A stretch of DNA of 64,000 bases, from the NCBI GenBank assembly GCA_944320495.1, contig CALUHR010000005.1:64001-128000 (forward strand). Reading direction: 5' to 3'. Both the position numbers and the translations under genes were made by a program. This DNA comes from Candidatus Methanomethylophilaceae archaeon. Lineage in GTDB: Archaea; Thermoplasmatota; Thermoplasmata; Methanomassiliicoccales; Methanomethylophilaceae. Shown here piece by piece: positions 57,862 through 64,000 of the stretch. The notes beneath the pieces are model-generated. The model ran no database searches. It was given only the letters and a program-made list of their open reading frames with translations, and was not told where the DNA came from. The number at the start of each line of letters is the position of its first letter. Position 1 is the first letter of the stretch.

Positions 57862-58985
57862 CAACAATGGATTTCGAGCTGCCGCCCTCTCTGGGCATCT
57901 ACGGTAACGAGAAGATAGCCAAAGACGTCCTGTCCAGGATCTGGGGGAAGCGCGGAGTGTTCACATGCACCGTCGCCAACACCAGGACGTCCACCATCCC
58001 CGGGATCTCGGACGCGGGAGACACGCCGGAGCTCACGCTCTTCACCGGCCCCGCCGACGCGGAGCTCCTGATCAACAGGAAGACCACCTGCATGAAGGGC
58101 ATCCCGATCAACCCCGGCGGAATACCGACACCGGCGACGCTCACCCTCGCGGCGCTGGACCTCTCGGACATGCCGTGCTTCATCGTCAACGGCGGATGCT
58201 CCGTCGTGCCCTACGTGCCGTTCTTCGACATGGGCGGCGAGTGCGGGGATTACATCACCACCGGGAAGGCGGTGAAGAACGTCCGCACCGAGTTCGAGAA
58301 GGGGATGATGCTAGGCAGGATGCTCGCCAAGTCCTACGACTTCGTCGTGATCAGCGAGAGCTGCGCCGGAGGGACCACCACCGCCCTGGCCGTCATGACG
58401 GCGATGGGCGTCCTCAAGGAGAACATCGTGAGCAGCAGCTCGCCCAACAACCCCAGGGAGCTCAAGTCCAAGACCGTCGCTGAGGCGCTGAAGGCCGCCG
58501 GCATCGAGCCCGGGGACCTGGCCGACGACCCGCTGAGGGCCATCGAATGCGTGGGCGACCCCATGATGCCCGCCAACATCGGCATCGTGTGCGGCGCCGC
58601 GCCCCACGTGCCGGTGATCATCGGCGGAGGCACCCAGATGGGCGCCATCATCGCCAGCGTCATCAGGCTCCACCCTGAACTCATAGGGAACATCGTCCAG
58701 GGCACCACCAGGTGGCTGATGGGCGACGTCAACTCCAACATGAGGAGGATCATCGACACCATCACCCCCGACGTGCCGGCGGTCTACGTCAACGTGGACT
58801 ACAGCGGCAGCCCCTATGAGGGACTTCAGGCCTACGAGTGGGGATACATCAAGGAGGGCGCCGGATGCGGCGGATCCTCGGTCGGAGCGATAGCCATGAG
58901 CGCCGGCGAGATAACCGCCGACGCCCTGGAGGCCAGGGTCGAGGAGATCTACAGGGAGATTATGGGCGACGCCCTCGCTCCCTGA
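57858..58985 (+). CDS. cobT: Archaeal-type nicotinate-nucleotide:base phosphoribosyltransferase
   Basis: IPGISDAG, GIPTPATLT, SESCAGGTTTA, GGGTQM, YIKEGAGCGG. Confidence 0.85.
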   Translation: MTTMDFELPPSLGIYGNEKIAKDVLSRIWGKRGVFTCTVANTRTSTIPGISDAGDTPELTLFTGPADAELLINRKTTCMKGIPINPGGIPTPATLTLAALDLSDMPCFIVNGGCSVVPYVPFFDMGGECGDYITTGKAVKNVRTEFEKGMMLGRMLAKSYDFVVISESCAGGTTTALAVMTAMGVLKENIVSSSSPNNPRELKSKTVAEALKAAGIEPGDLADDPLRAIECVGDPMMPANIGIVCGAAPHVPVIIGGGTQMGAIIASVIRLHPELIGNIVQGTTRWLMGDVNSNMRRIIDTITPDVPAVYVNVDYSGSPYEGLQAYEWGYIKEGAGCGGSSVGAIAMSAGEITADALEARVEEIYREIMGDALAP

Positions 58986-59580
58986 AGTAGCTCCGGGCCA
59001 GGTCCAGCTCCCGCGGCGTGTTCACGTTGACGGCGAGCTCGGGCCAGTTGGTCTCGAAAAGGAACTCCTCGAGGTAATCGCCCGCCAGGGTGCGCGGGCG
59101 GTTCATTATGCAGAGGCCGGACAGCACCCACTGGAAACCCCTGTTCTCGCGGGTGTACGATGGGGTTATCCCCAGTCCGCGGACCGTGGCCTCGTCTATC
59201 ACCGCGATGGCGGACTGCATCGTCCCCGGAACGAAGTACTCGATGAAGGCGTCCACCACATGGGTCGTTATCAGGGGAAGGTCGGACGGACAGGTCAGGA
59301 CGTAATCCCCGTCCATCCGCTCGAACGCCGTGTGGAGGTCGTCCATGAAGCTCTCGCCGGACGTGCGGATCGTGCGCACGCCCATCCCCTTCAGGTACTC
59401 CTCCGTCTCCAGCGTGTGGTCGCTCACCGAGACGAAGACCTCGTCTATGTGCTCCGATGCGGAGAGGGCGTCCACCACCCTCTGGATGGTGGGCTTGTCG
59501 CCCACCTTCTGCATCGGCTTCTCTATCCCGCATCTTCCCATGCGGGTGCCCTTTCCCCCTGCGTTGATCAATGCCTGCAT
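58960..59580 (-). CDS. cobY: Adenosylcobinamide-phosphate guanylyltransferase
   Basis: ALINAGGKGTRMG...EKP, PSDLPL, NVNTPRELD. Confidence 0.85.
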   Translation of the reverse strand: MQALINAGGKGTRMGRCGIEKPMQKVGDKPTIQRVVDALSASEHIDEVFVSVSDHTLETEEYLKGMGVRTIRTSGESFMDDLHTAFERMDGDYVLTCPSDLPLITTHVVDAFIEYFVPGTMQSAIAVIDEATVRGLGITPSYTRENRGFQWVLSGLCIMNRPRTLAGDYLEEFLFETNWPELAVNVNTPRELDLARSYFRERGRRP

Positions 59581-59585
59581 GGGAC

Positions 59586-60419
59586 TCAGACGACCACCAT
59601 GTAGACCAGGATCATGATCGCCATGACGGCGAACCTGGAGATCTCGTTCGTGGCACCGAGGATGTCGCCGTTGACCATGCCGAATACCCTGTTGCACCTC
59701 CTGGCCATGAGGAATCCGACCAGGATGGACATCAGGAGACCGGCGACGACAGCCGCATAGGTCCCGGTGACGTCCACGACGTTGAGGTCGAAGATCAGGG
59801 TGTCCGTCATTATCAGTGCGACCAGCGCGAGGATCGCGGCGAGGACCAAGGAGATGACGGTGGAGAAGATCAGCGAGGTCGTGGTGGTCTCGGAGACCTG
59901 CCTGCCGGCCATTCCGTGGCCCGGCTCCCCCCATGCCGCCGCTGCGACCTGGGCGTTCTTCACGAAGACCTCGGCGACGGTGGCGAACACGATGACGGCC
60001 AGGATGTCCCCCGCCATAGAGTACACGGAGAAGTTCAGCAGGGTGACCAGAAGGGCTACGCCGAGTCCTCCGGCACCGATGAGGGTGTCCTTCAGGGCCC
60101 TGACGTGATCCTCCTGCGTCCCCGCCACGACGGAGCCGTCGCCGAAATCCGCGAGACCGTCGAAGTGCAGGAACCTGCTGCCCACAAAGACCGTCGCGAG
60201 GATCGCAGCGGCCACGAACATCGAACTGCCGAAGTACCCCTTGTAACCCAGGTACACGAAGATCGAGGACACTACCATCACGGCGATGCCGAACAGGGCC
60301 CCCAAAAAGGGGACGAGGTGGAACTTCCTGTTCATCGCCTCCATGTCGTCCTCGTCGATGTCCATCCTCCAGATGGTGAAGAAGGCGACCATCGCCTTCA
60401 GCGCGCTTCCATCAGCCAT
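59586..60419 (-). CDS. cobS: Adenosylcobinamide-GDP ribazoletransferase
   Basis: AFFT, LHFDGLADFGDG, ALKD...GAGG, VNGDILGATNEI. Confidence 0.9.
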   Translation of the reverse strand: MADGSALKAMVAFFTIWRMDIDEDDMEAMNRKFHLVPFLGALFGIAVMVVSSIFVYLGYKGYFGSSMFVAAAILATVFVGSRFLHFDGLADFGDGSVVAGTQEDHVRALKDTLIGAGGLGVALLVTLLNFSVYSMAGDILAVIVFATVAEVFVKNAQVAAAAWGEPGHGMAGRQVSETTTTSLIFSTVISLVLAAILALVALIMTDTLIFDLNVVDVTGTYAAVVAGLLMSILVGFLMARRCNRVFGMVNGDILGATNEISRFAVMAIMILVYMVVV

Positions 60420-61392
60420 TGATATCAACCCTTTCCGATAGCATGCGGACGAACCTGTCCAGCAGGCCGCCCTCGTATGACGGGGACGCGCCGATTACGC
60501 CGGCGACCGCCTCCGTGAGAATGTCGAGTTCGCGGGGATCGCCGTCCTCCGCGAGCGAATCCGCCCTCTGGGCGGAGGACCAGACGATGTCCGCGGCGGC
60601 GGACACCTCCGGCGACGAAACGGTTTCCTCCAGCGAACGGCGGTACCTCTCCGGATCCGCGTCCGAACCGCACATGGCGCGCAGACCGTCGGCATCCAGC
60701 CCCATCTTGGCCAGGAGCTTCGATGCGGTCATCGGCATGGGATGCTCGTCGCGCGCATCCAGCGCGTATCCGACAGCGGCGGAGACCGCGCGGGCGGCGG
60801 CGATGCCTATGTTCGAGCCGGTCCCGGTCCAATCGACACGGTCCTCGCCGATGGGCGATATGACGGCCATGGAGTCGGACGTGGTCCCGGTCTCCAGGAA
60901 CCCGTGCTCGGCCATCGCCACGGACTTGCCCTCCACCAGAGGGATCATGAGGTTCACCTTGCCCGCGGTCGACAGCGGCACTGGGGACACGACGCAGATG
61001 TTGATCGTCCCCGCCAGCGCCCTCGCTCTCATCGCGGACACGGCGCTCTTCTCGTCATAGTCGTCCAGGACCTCCCCGGCGACGACGTGGTTGCTGAGCC
61101 CGGCGGTGGCGATCGCCGTCACCTCCGCGCCTTCGAACCCCACATCGCGGACGTTGAACACGTGGCGCACCTCCGCGGCCGTCATCATGCCCAACGAGTC
61201 CTCTGGCAGGCCCAGCTCCCTGCGGACGGCATCCGCATGGGCGGTGGGGTCCGGATGGTCGTAGTTCTTGGAGACCTGCATGATGAACACCGCGCTGACC
61301 ACGGAGTCCCCTCCGTTGAGCACGGCGCTGCTCAGCGCCTCCATCCTCTCGGTGAGGCGGACCACGCCGACGGGCATGCCGTCCGCCTCCAT
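60412..61392 (-). CDS. cbiZ: Adenosylcobinamide amidohydrolase with C-terminal extension
   Basis: SSAVLNGG, GMMTAA, ATAGLSN, AGTINI, TGTTSD; start approximate. Confidence 0.8.
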   Translation of the reverse strand: MEADGMPVGVVRLTERMEALSSAVLNGGDSVVSAVFIMQVSKNYDHPDPTAHADAVRRELGLPEDSLGMMTAAEVRHVFNVRDVGFEGAEVTAIATAGLSNHVVAGEVLDDYDEKSAVSAMRARALAGTINICVVSPVPLSTAGKVNLMIPLVEGKSVAMAEHGFLETGTTSDSMAVISPIGEDRVDWTGTGSNIGIAAARAVSAAVGYALDARDEHPMPMTASKLLAKMGLDADGLRAMCGSDADPERYRRSLEETVSSPEVSAAADIVWSSAQRADSLAEDGDPRELDILTEAVAGVIGASPSYEGGLLDRFVRMLSERVDING

Positions 61393-61415
61393 GATCTCGT
61401 ATGATTGAACGAACG

Positions 61416-62435
61416 TCAGAACACAGACCCCCAGAATCCGAAGACCGCGTCCTCGCACCAGAGCTGCACCCCGATGCCTATGGTCCCGTAGAGGATCAGG
61501 CAGACGGTCAGCAGGAAGATCATGGACGCGAGCTCGATGAGCCTGCAGCAGCGCCTCACGTCATCGGTGGTGGGGAGCGGGTGGCCGGGGTTCATGAAGT
61601 ACACCCCGCGCTTCTCCATGCCTATCCCGAGGACCGCGGCTGCGGCGGTCATGGACCATCCGCTGTTGGGGCTCGGGGTCATCCTGTGGTCCTTCTTGGC
61701 GGCGGGCACCGCCGCCCTCCAGTCCATGCCGAGCATCATCCCCGCGAGGGCGATGAAGTACGGCGACACGCGCGACGTCACGAATCCGAGGACATCGTCG
61801 AACCTTGCCGGGAAGTGGCCGATGTTGGCGTACCTCTCGTTGAGGTACCCCCACATGGCGTCCATCAGGTTCGCGCAGCGGAACATTACCGCCCCGGGGA
61901 GACCGAGGATCCCGAAGTAGAGCAGCGGCGAGTAGACGCTGTCCACCAGGTTCTCCGTCACGGTCTCGCAGCACGACGAGGCCACGTGCTCCGCGTCCAT
62001 GCCACGGGTGTCGCGGCTGACGATCATCTGCACGCGCGCGTCGGCGCTCTCCAGGTCCCCCTTCTCGAGGTCCTCGCAGATCGGGCCGGTGTGCTTCCTG
62101 AACGAGAATATCGCGAAGTTGATCTTGAACAGCAGCGCGGTCAGCACTATCCAGCATATCTCGCCGGCCAGCGGGTCCACAGATGACACGCCGTACCTCA
62201 CCAGCGACGTGAGGCACAGCCCCACTCCGCAGAACACGGCGAACACCAGCAGGTACGATAGGAATCCGGCCGCGGTGGCCTTCCAGGACTGCCTGCTCCT
62301 GACATGGCGGTCGATGGCCGCCAGCATGTTGCCCATCCATCTCAGCGGATGGACCGAGTTGGGGACCTCCCCGATATAGCGGTCGATGAGCAGCGCCAGG
62401 ACCACGATCAGTATCGCGTCCAACCACAGCGGCAT
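61416..62435 (-). CDS. cbiB: Adenosylcobinamide-phosphate synthase
   Basis: HPLRWMG, IVSRDT, ENLVD, ANLMDAMWGY, SPNSGW. Confidence 0.92.
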   Translation of the reverse strand: MPLWLDAILIVVLALLIDRYIGEVPNSVHPLRWMGNMLAAIDRHVRSRQSWKATAAGFLSYLLVFAVFCGVGLCLTSLVRYGVSSVDPLAGEICWIVLTALLFKINFAIFSFRKHTGPICEDLEKGDLESADARVQMIVSRDTRGMDAEHVASSCCETVTENLVDSVYSPLLYFGILGLPGAVMFRCANLMDAMWGYLNERYANIGHFPARFDDVLGFVTSRVSPYFIALAGMMLGMDWRAAVPAAKKDHRMTPSPNSGWSMTAAAAVLGIGMEKRGVYFMNPGHPLPTTDDVRRCCRLIELASMIFLLTVCLILYGTIGIGVQLWCEDAVFGFWGSVF

Positions 62436-62439
62436 GTGC

Positions 62440-63549
62440 TCACCCGTTCAGGACGGAGTCCGCGGCGGCGACGAACCTGCAGTTGCGCTCCCTGTCCTTC
62501 ACGCTGTATCTGACGTAGGACCTGTACTCAGGACCGAAGGACGAGCAGTCCCTCACGGAGATGCCGCGGGCAATCATCCTGGACTTGAACTCGGCTGCGT
62601 CCATCCCGAGGGATTCTATCGAGTTGAAGTAGAAGAACGAGTCCGACACGTCCCCGCAGGGGAACCCGATCTCCCTTAGGGCCGAGTTCATGATCTCGGA
62701 CTCCTCCGCCATGACGCCGGCGGCGTGGTCCACATGGTCGCGGCAGTCCCTCAGCAGGGCTATCGCCACGGCCTGCTCGATCTGACCGACGTTCCAGGTC
62801 ATCCTGACCTTCTCCATGCTCTCGATGATGTCCTGGTTGGCCATCCCGAAGCCGATCCTGATGCCGGGTATGGCGAAGGACTTCGTCAGGGACGAGGCCA
62901 CGATGAGGTTGGAGAAGCGGGACACCATGTTGGACAGAGTGTTGTCCACGAAGCCGGGCACCAGCTCCAGGAGGGTCTCGTCCAGGAACACGAGGACGCC
63001 CATGTCCTCGCATCCGCGGACGATCCTGATGAGCTTGTCCTTGGGCTCGACCCTGCCGGTGGGATTGTTGGGGTTGCAGATGTAGACCGCCCTGGCGCCC
63101 CTGGCCCTCTCCAGCAGCCTGTCGGCGTCTATGCGGAAGTCCTCCTCCGGACGGAGCACGAACGGGTCCACCTCCGCGCCGACGATCCTGCACTGCTGGG
63201 TGTACTCGGCGAAGCTGGGGCATGGGATGACCACGCGGTCCCCCTTGCGGAAGAACGTGTTGGGGACGTTGCGGATGATGTCCGACGACCCGGCCCCGAT
63301 GGTTATGCACTCGGGCTCGACGTCGAAGGCCTTCGAGATCGTGTCCCTGAGCTCGGCGCAGGAGTCGTCCGGATAGTGGCCGACGCCCTCCAGGGCCGCA
63401 TCGACGATCTCCCTCAGATTCTCGGGGGGTCCGAACGGATTGAGATTGTGGCTGTAGTCCTCCACACCGTCGAGCTTCCAGGCCTGGCCCCCGTGAACGG
63501 TCTTCGGAAGTCCCAGGAGCTCCTCCCTGGGCATCATGCGTCCCTTCAT
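62440..63549 (-). CDS. cobD: L-threonine-O-3-phosphate decarboxylase
   Basis: HGG...DYSHNLNPFGPP, CNPNNPTG, SLTKSFAIPGIRIG; lies in the cob cluster. Confidence 0.85.
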   Translation of the reverse strand: MKGRMMPREELLGLPKTVHGGQAWKLDGVEDYSHNLNPFGPPENLREIVDAALEGVGHYPDDSCAELRDTISKAFDVEPECITIGAGSSDIIRNVPNTFFRKGDRVVIPCPSFAEYTQQCRIVGAEVDPFVLRPEEDFRIDADRLLERARGARAVYICNPNNPTGRVEPKDKLIRIVRGCEDMGVLVFLDETLLELVPGFVDNTLSNMVSRFSNLIVASSLTKSFAIPGIRIGFGMANQDIIESMEKVRMTWNVGQIEQAVAIALLRDCRDHVDHAAGVMAEESEIMNSALREIGFPCGDVSDSFFYFNSIESLGMDAAEFKSRMIARGISVRDCSSFGPEYRSYVRYSVKDRERNCRFVAAADSVLNG

Positions 63550-63660
63550 GCTGGCGTCAAGGCACTGGGGATTCTTAACCCTGGCGGGATGTAACAGCCA
63601 GGCTCAGGTCCGGGATGTGCGCGGAGAGATGCTGACCGCCGAGGAACTTGCTGTGAAAGG

Positions 63661-63734
63661 CGGGCCCGCCGGGATTCGAACCCGGGTCTGAGGCTCCGGA
63701 GGCCCCCATGCTATCCAAGCTATACTACGAGCCC
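63661..63734 (-). tRNA. tRNA-Arg(CCG), CCA not encoded
   Basis: GGGCTCG/CGGGCCC acceptor stem, GGGGC-CTCCGGA-GCCTC anticodon arm, GGTTCGAATCC T-arm. Confidence 0.93.
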
Positions 63735-63867
63735 AGAGAACTGTTTGCTGGCGTTTGGTCGGTGTTTGGGAGCGTGAGAGAACATGTCGCCGGAGAGGGA
63801 ACTCCCCGGCTTGGATCCTGCGCCTCCTTGTGAGAGGGTGGAGGCGGATGAAGATGTTCTCGTACGC

Positions 63868-64000
63868 TCACTGCTTGAACTCGGTGTATCCGCAGTTGCC
63901 GCAGGAGACACGGTCCTTGTGGGTGGCCATGAACACGCCGGGGCCGCACTTGGGGCACACGGGCTTGGTCCTGGTCAGCTTGTCTCCGTCGACCTGGTAG
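63868..64000 (-). CDS. rps27ae: 30S ribosomal protein S27ae (5' end outside the window)
   Basis: [43 protein letters not shown]. Confidence 0.92.
   Translation of the reverse strand, partial: YQVDGDKLTRTKPVCPKCGPGVFMATHKDRVSCGNCGYTEFKQ

Overview
High-GC archaeal DNA, most likely from a Methanomassiliicoccales-type methanogen. This is an inference from rps27ae, CCA-less tRNAs, cobY and archaeal-type cobT, SufC/SufB, TATA-box promoters and near-exclusive TGA stops. The left half (1-30.5 kb) is a metal/tetrapyrrole island. It holds a CobN + ChlI/ChlD-type chelatase, two BtuCDF/FecBCD-type ABC importers with dockerin-fused binding proteins, and two paralogous nitrogenase-like reductases, each a NifH fused to a NifD-like subunit plus a separate NifK-like partner. 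A 17-bp palindrome (TTGGAT-n-ATACATCCAA-like) recurs eight times at the 5' ends of these genes. The window also holds three giant surface proteins; two of them share a G11 + SD-hairpin leader and a 3' cassette. Other content: a Panacea-type TA candidate, sufCB, tRNA-Asp, tRNA-Arg, a third ABC importer, a two-gene deletion scar, a 23-bp tandem array before a DUF4143 ATPase, and a corrinoid salvage cluster (cobT, cobY, cobS, cbiZ, cbiB, cobD). Between 48980 and 49705 are two convergent, homologous ~230-nt structured elements with compensatory base changes that I cannot assign to a known RNA family. All identifications come from motif recognition by eye; no database searches were run.
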